NCBI GenBank assembly: GCA_963665005.2
Contig: CAXXTQ010000001.1
Coordinates: 1,496,382-1,560,381 of the forward strand
Source: Christensenellaceae bacterium
Lineage (GTDB): Bacteria > Bacillota > Clostridia > Christensenellales > SZUA-584
DNA: 64,000 nucleotides
Direction of reading: 5' to 3'
Positions 45,604 to 56,405 of this stretch are shown here, piece by piece. Position 1 is the stretch's first letter; every line of letters starts with the position of its first letter. The notes beneath the pieces are model-generated. The model was not told the DNA's origin. It searched no databases and saw only the letters and a list, made by a program, of their open reading frames with translations. A program made the position numbers and the translations under genes.

Positions 45604-48162
45604 ATGGATACTGTTATACAGCTTTTTAAAAGCATATTGGGAATATCGCTGTTTGCATCCGCAATGATTATCATTGTGTTGCTGATAAGAGCGATAGCAA
45701 AAAATCGGGTCAATATAAATATAGCATCTTTCCTTTGGCTTCTCGTGATCCTTCGGCTGTGCCTTCCTGGAATGTTGGAAAGCCCGGTGCATATCGATGG
45801 ATTGTTTCCCGGAGAGGAAGCGACAATAGAACAATCTGCTTTATCAAATTTTTCACCAACATACGAAGAAGATATTGATATAAACAATGCGCCTAATCTC
45901 ACATTGCCAGACAAAGAACTTGTATCCTTAGAAAACGATGGCGTTTCAAATGGTTTATACGTTTCTGATTCAAATGACATTACTTTTTGGGATAAGGCAG
46001 CAAACTTTATCCAGTCTCTAGACCTATGGGGTGTGGCTTCTATCATATGGATTGCAGGCAGTTTAATTGTCCTGTTATTAGCCATTAAGGAAAGCATCGT
46101 ATTTGGTTTGCATATTAAAAAGAATAGCGAACTTATAAAAAATCAAGCAATACTTGATATCATAAATGCGCATAAGGCTGCAAATCGAATTAAACGTACG
46201 ATTCGTGTATCAGCCTGTCCATCCATTCAGATGCCGATGATGATTGGCGTATTCAATCCGCATATACTCTTGCCTGCTTACATGATCGATAAATTTGAAC
46301 GCAAGTATCTTGACCCCATCTTGCTTCACGAAGTATGCCATATTAAGAGAAATGACATTTTAAAGAGCTATCTTTATATAATGGCCAAAGCATTGCACTG
46401 GTTTAATCCTCTCGTTTGGGTTGGCATCAAAAAAATGAAGGAAGATATGGAGTTTGCCTGTGATCAACATGTACTCAGGCTGCTAGGTAAAAAGCAGGGA
46501 ATTGAGTATTGTGAATCGCTAATCCAAGCAACACGATTTTTGAAAGCAATAAGAATACCTCAATTTGCATCATCATTATGCGAAAAAAAATCAAATTTGA
46601 AGGAGAGAGTCATCAAAATGATTAATCCACAGAAAAAATCAAAAAAGGCTGCGACGATATCATTAGTTCTTGCTATGGTTATGGTTATAACATGCTTTAC
46701 GACAGCGTGCCAGCCGACGCCGGAGGAAGATGTCGTTATAGGAAAAGGAGACGGTTTAAGCGACTTAATTCAATCAACCCCGGATACTTCCGGCAGTGTT
46801 TCTCCAAGCAGCACATCGAAGCAGACCAATGACGTGCTATACACAAAGCTGGAAGCGCCGAAACACTGGAGTCTTGAAACAACGGCGCTGGGTGACAAAC
46901 TCAACATTACGGCGGATGTGGATATAGAGCTACCCGGTGTATCTCAGCTTCCGGCTGCGACAGCATCGCTCAGTGAGTTTACACAAGAGGATTTAGACAA
47001 AATTGCGCAAGTGATCGGTGTTGACGGTGCAATTTGGACTGAGCGTAGCAGTATTACAAAAGAAAACCTCGAACAGAGTATAATTGAAACTAAAGCATGG
47101 ATTGCTGAGCTAGAGGCTGGAGATGAGCCAGATGCCGCTGCAATGATTAAGAAAGAGAAAGAATGGCTAGAATCCGCTGAGCAAATGTTTATTGATGCGC
47201 CGTATAAGAGTGAGCTGAAAAAGCTTGATTTTAAAATTGACGTGATGGATTCCAATGAAGATCAATCGCACATCGGATTTGAGGGCACAACGCAAGTAGA
47301 TGATCAGCCGTTTTACTTTCTTGCGATCAACGCATATTCCAGCGATGTTGTCAACAGGGTTTATGCGAATTATGGATCAAACTTGGTTTGGTTCGGAGGG
47401 GTGAATATTGATGCACCTTATGGTGTATCTCTGACGAAAGAGCAGGCAGCCGCGCAGGCAAGCGAGATTGCGAAGCAGTTGACGGATGAACTATCGCTTT
47501 GCTATATCACACCAGCCGCATCAGGCCAAGATGATGTATCCCGAAATTGGGGTTGGGCTTGCGTGTTCATGCGTGAGATAAACGGGTGCCCGACAGCCTA
47601 TGAGACAGCGAGGAGGCCCTCAGGCTTAGAAGCAGTCAACGTGCCGGTAGACTATGAAAAAATGATTATCGTAATGGATGACACAGGAATGGTGAGTTTC
47701 ATCTGGGATATTCCACTGACGATTGAATCGATCGACAACCCCGATGTTTCTCTAGCATCGTTTGATGAGATTTCGCAGCGCGCAATCGAACAAGTCGCAC
47801 AGAGAGAAGCGGACATGGTGGGTGAAAAAATTGATGATCGGACCGGGATCGACTGGGGCGACCCCGGATGTACCGCAGATATTGTAAAGGTTGAGCTGGG
47901 ATTAATGCGGGTGGACAAGGTGAACAGCAATGACTATTACTATATACCGGTATGGAAATTCTTCGTCAATGTTATACACACCGACGAATATTATGAGAGA
48001 ATGGGGATAGAACCCCGAAAACCGGTTTCGGTGGCAGATATTGAATTTAGAATTGAGAATGGATATTCTATAAATATTAATGGCGAGTATTCGCTGGGGT
48101 ATGACGTGATTACACTAAACGCTCTTGACAGCAGCACCATTGACAGTGATTTAGGATTTTGA
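45604..48162 (+). CDS. BlaR1-like M56 peptidase sensor with a large non-canonical extracellular domain
   Basis: HEVCHIKRND (HExxH) in the TM/M56 part. After a further TM segment, about 490 aa resemble the neighbouring lipoprotein rather than a PBP-like sensor, as judged by eye. Confidence 0.75.
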   Translation: MDTVIQLFKSILGISLFASAMIIIVLLIRAIAKNRVNINIASFLWLLVILRLCLPGMLESPVHIDGLFPGEEATIEQSALSNFSPTYEEDIDINNAPNLTLPDKELVSLENDGVSNGLYVSDSNDITFWDKAANFIQSLDLWGVASIIWIAGSLIVLLLAIKESIVFGLHIKKNSELIKNQAILDIINAHKAANRIKRTIRVSACPSIQMPMMIGVFNPHILLPAYMIDKFERKYLDPILLHEVCHIKRNDILKSYLYIMAKALHWFNPLVWVGIKKMKEDMEFACDQHVLRLLGKKQGIEYCESLIQATRFLKAIRIPQFASSLCEKKSNLKERVIKMINPQKKSKKAATISLVLAMVMVITCFTTACQPTPEEDVVIGKGDGLSDLIQSTPDTSGSVSPSSTSKQTNDVLYTKLEAPKHWSLETTALGDKLNITADVDIELPGVSQLPAATASLSEFTQEDLDKIAQVIGVDGAIWTERSSITKENLEQSIIETKAWIAELEAGDEPDAAAMIKKEKEWLESAEQMFIDAPYKSELKKLDFKIDVMDSNEDQSHIGFEGTTQVDDQPFYFLAINAYSSDVVNRVYANYGSNLVWFGGVNIDAPYGVSLTKEQAAAQASEIAKQLTDELSLCYITPAASGQDDVSRNWGWACVFMREINGCPTAYETARRPSGLEAVNVPVDYEKMIIVMDDTGMVSFIWDIPLTIESIDNPDVSLASFDEISQRAIEQVAQREADMVGEKIDDRTGIDWGDPGCTADIVKVELGLMRVDKVNSNDYYYIPVWKFFVNVIHTDEYYERMGIEPRKPVSVADIEFRIENGYSININGEYSLGYDVITLNALDSSTIDSDLGF

Positions 48163-48283
48163 GTTATAAAAGGTTTTAAAGCAGGTTGAATAACAATTGT
48201 AGATTGTGCCATACCTGCTTTAATATTGCCAAAATATGCTTTAAGATGCATACACAATGGGCGAGATATATGGAGACTCACGT

Positions 48284-49132
48284 ATGAACCATTCGAAAAA
48301 AAAGTTGCCGCGAAGGTACAAGCTTAACAAAAAAAGATTCGCAGCAACATTATTAATACTTGGCTGCACAGCAATGATTATTGTGGTCGTAGTAGAGTCG
48401 CTGGTAAACGCAGTCGATGCCGGGGTTGTGGATGCCCGGGCTATGGTAGATACCGACGACAAGGTATGGGAAAGCGATATTTCATCGCCGCCATTGGAAT
48501 CGACACTCGCATCACAGAAACCCATTACGCCCAAGGCAGAAGGCCTACTGATATTGGTTAATTGGGATAATCCTGTTCCCTATGATCGCCCGGATAACCT
48601 TGTAATGCTATCAGAAGTATTTGGTGATGAAGTGATTTGCGTCAATACTGATGGTAGTATCAATGCCGAGGCGGGCGCAATGGCAAAAGAAATGTTTCTG
48701 GCGGCTCAGGCAGAAGGAATCGGGAAATATGAGCTGTCAAGCGCATACCGATCAATCGTATACCAAGATACTCTATGGCAGGCGCGCATTGCGGAAGACA
48801 CTGACTATGGCAGCAATCCGTATGAAAACCCTGTGAAAGTTATGCCGGGCAAGATGAGCGAACACACCACAGGATTGGCGCTTGATATTCTTGCGGAAAG
48901 CTATGAAAGCTCAGATGAAGGGTATGCGGACACGCCGGAAGGAATATGGCTGGCTGAAAATGCATGCAAGTTCGGTTTTATCCTGCGTTATCCCAAAGAT
49001 AAGGAAAACATCACAGGTGTGATCTTTGAACCGTGGCACTATCGGTATGTCGGCAAAGAAGCAGCAAGAGAGATATTTAAACGCAGTATATGTCTTGAAG
49101 AATATTTGGGCGTTGCAGAAAGCACATCCTAA
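48284..49132 (+). CDS. VanY-type D-alanyl-D-alanine carboxypeptidase (M15B)
   Basis: SAYRS, SEHTTGLALD and EPWHYRYVG motifs with an N-terminal TM anchor. Start taken at ATG 48284. Confidence 0.8.
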   Translation: MNHSKKKLPRRYKLNKKRFAATLLILGCTAMIIVVVVESLVNAVDAGVVDARAMVDTDDKVWESDISSPPLESTLASQKPITPKAEGLLILVNWDNPVPYDRPDNLVMLSEVFGDEVICVNTDGSINAEAGAMAKEMFLAAQAEGIGKYELSSAYRSIVYQDTLWQARIAEDTDYGSNPYENPVKVMPGKMSEHTTGLALDILAESYESSDEGYADTPEGIWLAENACKFGFILRYPKDKENITGVIFEPWHYRYVGKEAAREIFKRSICLEEYLGVAESTS

Positions 49133-49162
49133 TAATCGATGAAAAGAATGAGGCTTTGATTA

Positions 49163-49939
49163 ATGGAAGACATGAAGAAATATACAATTTCATCAGACAT
49201 CAAACGGGCACTGACCGGAAAAGGCTTTCTCATCGGCATGGCAGGGATGGTACTTGTCATTGCGCTTTCATCGCTGGAAAGCATTATTGGGGTAACGAGA
49301 AGCACACAGCCATTGCAAAATGGATTTCACGCACAGCTCATCATGAACGCGCTATCGTCCGACTGGGTGACACTGGCACTGCCCATCCTGTGCACTCTGC
49401 CTTTCACCACGGCATTTGTAGATGATATCAAAAGCGGCTTCATTAAGCAGTATCTGCACCGCTCGGGCACGAAACCGTATATAAAAGCGAAGCTCATCGC
49501 CTGCGGATTATCGGGCGGCCTGGTATTGTTCTTTGGTATCGTGATTGCCTATGCGCTGAGCTCGCTTATATTTATACCAATGGAGCTGGCTTTGAGTGAG
49601 GGTGAGATGACGCAGCCGTATTTCGCACAAGTACTTATGATAGCCGCAACACTTTTCCTATCGGGCGCGTTCTGGTCGCTGGTCGGGTTCACATTCGCCT
49701 CGCTGACGATGAGCAAATACATGGCGTATGCCTCGCCGTTCATAATCTATTATGTCCTCATAATCTTACATGAACGGTATTTTGAGAACCTATATGTGTT
49801 GTATCCCAAAGAATGGCTTTTCCCATCAGATGCATGGGTACTGGGGAGCTGGGGTGTCATACTGCTGCTTACTGAACTGACGGCGATCATATTGCTTGCT
49901 TTTACCATTGCTGCAAAAAGGAGGCTCACCAATGTCTAA
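49163..49939 (+). CDS. Polytopic membrane protein (ABC-2-type permease candidate)
   Basis: 258 aa with about 6 hydrophobic segments, upstream of a second membrane protein and an ABC ATPase. Confidence 0.4.
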   Translation: MEDMKKYTISSDIKRALTGKGFLIGMAGMVLVIALSSLESIIGVTRSTQPLQNGFHAQLIMNALSSDWVTLALPILCTLPFTTAFVDDIKSGFIKQYLHRSGTKPYIKAKLIACGLSGGLVLFFGIVIAYALSSLIFIPMELALSEGEMTQPYFAQVLMIAATLFLSGAFWSLVGFTFASLTMSKYMAYASPFIIYYVLIILHERYFENLYVLYPKEWLFPSDAWVLGSWGVILLLTELTAIILLAFTIAAKRRLTNV

Positions 49940-50825
49940 GTTAAGACAGATTGGTTCCGTTACCGCATACAACTTTCGGCAATGGCGGGCGAATCCGCGC
50001 ATAATCATCACATTTGCACTCGCATTTATTCTTTGTTTTCTGCTTTCGGATAAAGCGGTGCGTTTTGCAAGGGAATATGAAACGACAATGCAGATAGTCG
50101 AGGCGTTCGTCTGGACGTTTGGGGACAGCAATTCAATATTACTTTCGTCATTGCTGCTGGTGCTGTTGTTTGCGGATATGCCATTCCTCTCCGCAGGAAC
50201 ACCGTATTATCTAATGCGTATAGACCGTAAAACGTGGCTGGCTGGACAGGCGGTGTATATCGTACTTGCTACCGGCATTTATATGGCGTTCATACTTCTT
50301 TCTACGTCCGTGGTGTGCATGAGTCAGTCGTTCATCGGAGATATGTGGAGCGAGACGGCGGCAATCCTCGGATACTCCGGCGCAGGAAAGGCCGTGGCGC
50401 TGCCCGCGCTCGTGAAGACGCTGGAGATGAGCACGCCGTATGCTTGCATGGGCACGATATTTCTTTTGATGCTGCTTTATACTCTGCTCATGGCGTTTAT
50501 TATGTTGACGTTCAATATTCGCAAAGGACAGATTGCAGGTGTGGTCAGCGTCTTTGTGTTCAGCCTGTTTGGGTTTCTTTTGAATCCGCAGTTGTTCAAA
50601 ACGATGTTCCAGCTGCCGGATGAACTAATGTATAAGGCAAATGTAGCAGTAGGCTGGCTATCGCCGCTTAACCATGCCACGTATCATATGCACAATTTTG
50701 GTTATGATCTGCTTCCGCGGCTGTGGCAGACGTATGTAATTTTCGGCGTACTGATCATACTTTGCTTCATATTGGCATTACGCTCTGTGCGAAAATACAA
50801 CTTTAACTTTTCAGGAACGGAGTAA
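49932..50825 (+). CDS. Polytopic membrane protein (ABC-2-type permease candidate)
   Basis: Start at ATG 49932 behind AAAGGAGG, overlapping the upstream stop (ATGTCTAA). Confidence 0.4.
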   Translation: MSKLRQIGSVTAYNFRQWRANPRIIITFALAFILCFLLSDKAVRFAREYETTMQIVEAFVWTFGDSNSILLSSLLLVLLFADMPFLSAGTPYYLMRIDRKTWLAGQAVYIVLATGIYMAFILLSTSVVCMSQSFIGDMWSETAAILGYSGAGKAVALPALVKTLEMSTPYACMGTIFLLMLLYTLLMAFIMLTFNIRKGQIAGVVSVFVFSLFGFLLNPQLFKTMFQLPDELMYKANVAVGWLSPLNHATYHMHNFGYDLLPRLWQTYVIFGVLIILCFILALRSVRKYNFNFSGTE

Positions 50826-50829
50826 AAAC

Positions 50830-51474
50830 ATGGATTTAGCCATCAGCGTTCAAAACGTGACAAAGAGATTTGGAGATGAAACGGTACTGACCGACGTTTC
50901 CCACGATTTTGAAGAAGGGAAAATACACGGCATCGTGGGCAACAACGGCAGCGGCAAGACTGTGCTCATGAAATGCATTTGCGGTTTTTTACTGCCAACA
51001 AAAGGCAAGATATTTGTGAACTATAAGCAGGTAGGAAAGGATATGGATTTTCCTGACGATATGGGAATCATTATCGAAACACCCGGTTTTTTGCCGACAG
51101 TATCTGGCATGAAGAATCTTCAAATACTGGCGTCGCTTAAAAGAAAAATCGATAACGATACCATTTGGAAAACGATAAAGCTCGTGGGACTTGATCCTGC
51201 CATGAAAAAACACGTCGGCAAATATTCGCTCGGTATGCGCCAGCGTCTCGGTATAGCACAGGCAATTATGGAGGATCCGTCCATAATGATACTTGATGAA
51301 CCGCTCAACGGCCTCGACAAAAGCGGCGTGGCTCAGATGCGCGAGCTGATCAAAGGGCTTCGGGTAAAGGGCAAAACGATTATTCTAGCAAGCCATAACC
51401 AGATTGATATCGACGAGCTTTGCGACACGGTGTGTGAGATGGATGCCGGGATATTAACGGTGGTGCGGTCATGA
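50830..51474 (+). CDS. ABC transporter ATP-binding protein
   Basis: GNNGSGKT, YSLGMRQR and IMILDEPLNGLD. Confidence 0.85.
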   Translation: MDLAISVQNVTKRFGDETVLTDVSHDFEEGKIHGIVGNNGSGKTVLMKCICGFLLPTKGKIFVNYKQVGKDMDFPDDMGIIIETPGFLPTVSGMKNLQILASLKRKIDNDTIWKTIKLVGLDPAMKKHVGKYSLGMRQRLGIAQAIMEDPSIMILDEPLNGLDKSGVAQMRELIKGLRVKGKTIILASHNQIDIDELCDTVCEMDAGILTVVRS

Positions 51475-52145
51475 ACGAAGTTATACGGATGGAAAATGTA
51501 ATCAAGATGGCAGATGGTAACCGGCGTACCATTAATGACGTGAGTATGAGTATTTATGAAAAAGAGTTTGTTGCGATTTGCGGCGTGCCCGGCAGCGGGA
51601 AGAGTACGCTTATGCGATTGATTGCTAGCATGGAAAAACCGAGCGCTGGGAAAGTCTTTGTAACAGACAAGGCGGTTCATGAGATGGATGCTGATACGGC
51701 AGCAGATCTTCGAAATCAGAATATAGGGATCATACAACGAGAGCCAGGATTTATGGAGCGGCTTACTGTGCTTGAAAACGTAGCTCTGCCGCTTATGATT
51801 CAGGGTATGGCGCTGTCTCGGCGGAAACAGATAGCAAAGGAACAGCTGAAAACGCTGGGAATCTCGCATGTCGCACATGCTTATCCGGTGCAACTTTCAG
51901 CTTATGAAGCACTCATAGCATCCATCGCACGAGCGCTCATTACTCAGCCGAAAATACTGCTGTTGTATGAGGTGACGGCCGCGCTTTCTGAAAGAGAGAC
52001 GGAGCAATTTGACGGCGTTATAAACGCAATATCCAAATACGGTGATTATACAGTTTTATCATTCAGCGTCATTCCAAACAGCCGATTGCGCATGGATAGA
52101 ACGATACAATTAGACCATGGGAAGATTCAGGAGGAAAGATTATGA
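51471..52145 (+). CDS. ABC ATPase-like protein with degenerate signature, Walker B and H-loop
   Basis: Walker A is intact (GVPGSGKST). LSAYEALIASIARAL replaces LSGGQ..., LLLYEVTAAL replaces hhhhDEP, and SFSV sits where the H-loop is expected. Confidence 0.7.
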   Translation: MNEVIRMENVIKMADGNRRTINDVSMSIYEKEFVAICGVPGSGKSTLMRLIASMEKPSAGKVFVTDKAVHEMDADTAADLRNQNIGIIQREPGFMERLTVLENVALPLMIQGMALSRRKQIAKEQLKTLGISHVAHAYPVQLSAYEALIASIARALITQPKILLLYEVTAALSERETEQFDGVINAISKYGDYTVLSFSVIPNSRLRMDRTIQLDHGKIQEERL

Positions 52146-53581
52146 AAAAACTAAGCATTTTGTTTGTGGCGATGGCGCTGATTTTCATATTGCCTGTGAC
52201 GGCGCTGGCGGAAGGAGAAACAGAAACAGAAACACCTTCCCCGACTCCATCAGATACAGAGACTGTGGTATTGACGAATTTTGAAATAGATAATGCACAT
52301 ATATATGAGGGTATGGACAAAGCCTATAAAGACGGTTATACCCCGACCGTGAAAGACGGGACGGCAACAATCATGCTTCCGCTGATTACAGACGGCGAGA
52401 TTATGAACAATGCCATTACGGTCACACCTGGTCTTGGGGATACAGCATCTTCTCCTTTTGTATTTAAAAATTATCAGAAAACAGTGAATTTGGCGGACAA
52501 TGCCGTAAGCGGGGGAAGCACGGTTACATCGTATCTTGTTCGCTTCAATCTTTCGCTTGCTTCGCAAAGGTTTAACGGCGTATTTCCGGTGACGGTTGAT
52601 GTGCAGGCGCAGTCGGCGGACGGCAGCCCGATACAACAGGTCTTTACTACATATGTGACCATCACGGACGGCAAAGATCCGAATGCTGCGGAGCCAACGC
52701 CAGAGCCAGAGAAACTTACATCCCAGCCCAAGATCATCGTCAGCGGCTATAGCGTAAACCCTTCACCTGCAACGGCGGGGGAGGAATTCACCGCGGCGAT
52801 AACGCTGAAAAACACCAGCGAAAGAAAATCGGTGCAGAACATGGCGGTAACGGTATCGTGCGATTGCCCGAATTTCTCTCTGCAAAACGAAAGCAGCACC
52901 ATATATATTGGTAAACTCGGCAAGGGTAAAACAACGGAAATCGTGCTTGACTATAAGACCGATCTCGAAACGCCCGCGCTTCGCTATAACATAATGCTGG
53001 CCATAGAATACGATAATTCAGATGCAATGACGCTCTCTTCTTCGGGAACGGTCTCTGTCACGGTCAGCCAGCCTTTGCGGGTAGAAATGGAAGTGCCGCA
53101 GATACCCGGAGAGTCCAACGCCGGCGATACCATGCCGCTTTCGTTTCAAGTCATGAACATGGGACGAAGCAAAGTTTTTAACGTGCGGATTGAGCTTTCT
53201 GCGCCCGGCCTTATACCGTCCGAGACTGCGTTTATCGGCAACATGGAAGCCGGAACCGCCATGCCCGGGGATATGGATGTGTTTATCGGCACTAAAGATA
53301 TGAGCGAAGGATATGAAGGTGAAGAGAAATATGGATATACAAACGGCAAGATCACGCTAATTTATGAGGACGAGACCGGTCAGGAATTTACTCAGGAAAC
53401 TGAATTTTCTACAATGATAAACCCTCCGGTGATAACTCAAACAGCCGCTGAACCGGAAGAGGAGCCCGAGAAGGCCGGACAATGGTGGATATCGCTCATT
53501 ATCGGCGGCGTTGTTATTGCCGCCCTTACGGCATGGCTGATTATACGCAAAAAAAAGGGGATGCAGCATGAAGATAATTAA
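52142..53581 (+). CDS. Secreted, C-terminally membrane-anchored protein of unknown function
   Basis: Signal peptide, a T/E/P-rich linker, beta-rich repeats and a C-terminal TM segment plus basic tail (WWISLIIGGVVIAALTAWLIIRKKKG). Confidence 0.45.
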   Translation: MKKLSILFVAMALIFILPVTALAEGETETETPSPTPSDTETVVLTNFEIDNAHIYEGMDKAYKDGYTPTVKDGTATIMLPLITDGEIMNNAITVTPGLGDTASSPFVFKNYQKTVNLADNAVSGGSTVTSYLVRFNLSLASQRFNGVFPVTVDVQAQSADGSPIQQVFTTYVTITDGKDPNAAEPTPEPEKLTSQPKIIVSGYSVNPSPATAGEEFTAAITLKNTSERKSVQNMAVTVSCDCPNFSLQNESSTIYIGKLGKGKTTEIVLDYKTDLETPALRYNIMLAIEYDNSDAMTLSSSGTVSVTVSQPLRVEMEVPQIPGESNAGDTMPLSFQVMNMGRSKVFNVRIELSAPGLIPSETAFIGNMEAGTAMPGDMDVFIGTKDMSEGYEGEEKYGYTNGKITLIYEDETGQEFTQETEFSTMINPPVITQTAAEPEEEPEKAGQWWISLIIGGVVIAALTAWLIIRKKKGMQHEDN

Positions 53582-54695
53582 TCTGCTTAGTATTGCCGCA
53601 AAGAATTTAAAAGGTAAGTGGGCGGTATTGCCCGTGGCTGGAATAGCCATCAGCATGTTTTGTTTTTGCTTTGCAGGAGCGATTCTTACTACTGTGCAGG
53701 AAGAAAAATCCCTGCCGTATGAGTTGAATATAGCATCTGGAACCACAAACCTTTCGGATAGTATTATAGCTAAAATATCTGCGAATCCTAACGTAACGGC
53801 GGCTACGCCCATACTTGAGGTTCCTGCCGTCATCAAGACAGGCGAATATTCCGCGCAGCTGACGCTGACAGGGATCGATGCGGCTTATATTGAGACATCT
53901 GTATCTGAAGGAAGCTTTTTCCCCGATGACAGCATCATGCCTTATATTGTATTGAACGAAGCGGCGTGTAAGATGTTTGCAAACGATGAGAAGATTGCGG
54001 ATGATGAAGTGCCCGAAATCTACTGGTTGGGCACGGGCTTTTATGTACAAATGGGAGAAGATGAAAAGGCCATAGCATCAAAGGTTTGCGGGATATTATC
54101 TGATGACGAAGAAACAGAGGAAGAGCAGAGATCTGCTGCGTATGTCAGCTTGTCCATAGCAAAAGAGCTGCTGCGTCAAAACGGGCAGGAGACGGATTAC
54201 ACCGGTGTCAATGTGCGCGTTAAAAATATTGGAAGTGCGAACAGCGTATCCAAGGCTATTGCCGTACTTGGCCTTACCGTTACTAACTCAACCGAAGAAT
54301 TACAAAGCGGATGGGACGCAGATAATAAAGAAATGACATACCTCATTGTGATAGGTGCATTCGGGTTGATGTGCGCATCCATATTATTAATTGCATGGAG
54401 ACAAAATACTTTACTTAAACAAAGGATGGCGTGGGAGGCCATGCGGTGGATGGGGTTGAAAGCAAGTGATATGCGCAAATTGTTTGCCATACAGGCCATT
54501 TTGCTCTCGATATTGGGAATTGCGCTTGGCCTTTTAGTTGCATTATCGCTGCCCTCTTTTCTTTTAACAGGAGAAATGGAAACAACAAATTTTATGCTGT
54601 CTATTTCCTTCAAATCTGTATTTGTAAGCGTAGTCATATGTATTGCAGCAGGATTAATACCCATCTTTGGTAAGCGCAAACAGATAAAAAATTGA
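53568..54695 (+). CDS. FtsX/MacB-like ABC permease
   Basis: An N-terminal TM segment, a large extracytoplasmic domain and three C-terminal TM segments. Overlaps the previous gene by 14 nt. Confidence 0.6.
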   Translation: MKIINLLSIAAKNLKGKWAVLPVAGIAISMFCFCFAGAILTTVQEEKSLPYELNIASGTTNLSDSIIAKISANPNVTAATPILEVPAVIKTGEYSAQLTLTGIDAAYIETSVSEGSFFPDDSIMPYIVLNEAACKMFANDEKIADDEVPEIYWLGTGFYVQMGEDEKAIASKVCGILSDDEETEEEQRSAAYVSLSIAKELLRQNGQETDYTGVNVRVKNIGSANSVSKAIAVLGLTVTNSTEELQSGWDADNKEMTYLIVIGAFGLMCASILLIAWRQNTLLKQRMAWEAMRWMGLKASDMRKLFAIQAILLSILGIALGLLVALSLPSFLLTGEMETTNFMLSISFKSVFVSVVICIAAGLIPIFGKRKQIKN

Positions 54696-55440
54696 TAGGA
54701 GATAATCATATAGTTATATAAAAGAATATATTTAAGAGAAAACAGAGATCACAGTTCTGATAACCGGATGCTTGGCTCAATTAAAATCAGTTACATTAGT
54801 GGTAAAATGCTCTTTGCCGTTTGGTAATGGCAAAAATATATTATTCAAATCTAAAAACTAATTCATAGAAATTTTTGTTTCTGCGATTTTATATACAGAA
54901 GGGTAAAACAGTATTTTAATTCCCCCTCTTTTTGGTTATATTCTCGTAACAGGCGTAAAAAAAAATTCCTCAAATGTATTTGAAGAAATGAAGCTTATTA
55001 TGTTTATTTAGCTTGATTTAGGAGCAATTCACCAACCTTTATTCGGCGTAGTAGAAGAGGCAAGCAATCATGCTGAGTCCTCTTGAGACAATCAGAAAGC
55101 AATAATACATCACACACTTTTTTTTAAGAAAACGAGAGCATTCATCATGTGCAATAAAATGAAAACAAGCACAGATTTTAAAACAATCAATAATTTAGCA
55201 AGCATCATTGAATACACATCTGAAGTATTGATTGAAAAAATCTGTCAATAATTAGAGCTTTTATATAGTGGAATAATGCTGAGAATGCTTATAGCTATAA
55301 AATAAGAGACAATCATACAAGGCAATATGTTTATGAATTTTCTTGCCTTAGTACGCAATGGAGTTACGTATTTTTTAACGTATCTCCTTTTTATTTTGCC
55401 CAAAACACCTCATTAATTCAAATAATATGTCGTTCCCCTC

Positions 55441-55481
55441 CCTTTCAGATTTATTGGTTATTGCACTCGAAATCTGAAAGG
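55441..55481 (+). promoter_or_regulatory. Perfect 12-bp hairpin occluding the RBS of 55491
   Basis: CCTTTCAGATTT, a 17-nt loop, then AAATCTGAAAGG. The right arm contains the GAAAGG of the Shine-Dalgarno sequence. Confidence 0.45.
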
Positions 55482-55490
55482 AGAATACAA

Positions 55491-55976
55491 ATGACAATCA
55501 AATATAAAGTAAGTTACTTATCGGACGGAACTAAAGTAAAAATAACAAGTAAACTTTATAACCAATTTAAACAATGGAAAATGCAAGGCATACATATCCC
55601 CATGCGATTTAAAAATGAACTAAAGATACAGGATAACGATTGGCTGAATAGTTATCGTCAGTATTATCGGCACAACACATCTTTAGATTTGTTTAAGGAG
55701 AAAAACATTATATTTGAGTCTATATTAAAAGTCAAAAACGAATCCATTGAAAGAATAGCTATTCGCAGGGAACTTATTGTAATTGTTTTGAATGCACTTG
55801 ACAAGTGTACGAAAGCACAAAAAAGAAGATTCATTAAACACTTTGCATATTGCATGAGCTATGAAGCGATTGCAAAACAAGAGAATTGCACAAAAAGAGC
55901 TGTTGAAAAATCAATAAAAGCAGCAGAGCAAATGTTAATAAACTGTGAACAATTGCTCTGGAGGGTACACGATTAG
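55491..55976 (+). CDS. Sigma-70 region-4-like HTH protein
   Basis: AQKRRFIKHFAYCMSYEAIAKQENCTKRAVEKSIKAAEQ. Same protein type as 26159..26593. Start at ATG 55491. Confidence 0.55.
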   Translation: MTIKYKVSYLSDGTKVKITSKLYNQFKQWKMQGIHIPMRFKNELKIQDNDWLNSYRQYYRHNTSLDLFKEKNIIFESILKVKNESIERIAIRRELIVIVLNALDKCTKAQKRRFIKHFAYCMSYEAIAKQENCTKRAVEKSIKAAEQMLINCEQLLWRVHD

Positions 55977-56405
55977 CCTTTCCCACGGCTTTATAGTGTA
56001 GGGGTTTTTTCTGATAGGAGAAATCCGAAGCGTTTTTTAACGCAAAATGAACATTGAAAACTTAATAAAAGGCATTTCAAGTACGAACCCTCTATAACTG
56101 TTAAAAGCAGTAGCGACGAAAAGAACGCCACGACTACCTGCAACGATGACAAGTTGTATGAAGATGACATCAAAGGTGCGAGCGGTTAATTCTTTTTGGG
56201 GACTGACAATCCTAAATCAGAAGATGAATGATATTCGCCATGACCTATAGAGGGCAGATACTTACTAACCGTTGGTCGGTCATACGATAGAACATAGAAG
56301 TCCTTAAAAATGAGCGGGTGAAATTCCATGTGGTGGGCAATCTCCACCAGCTTGAAATGCCGGACAAGTATATTGCAAATAAATCTGAAAGATTTTGAAC
56401 GTATC

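Noticed and set aside
53357-54709. Minus-strand ORFs of 159, 147 and 170 aa
   Set aside because: They are antisense to the anchored-protein and FtsX-like permease genes and show no independent signals.
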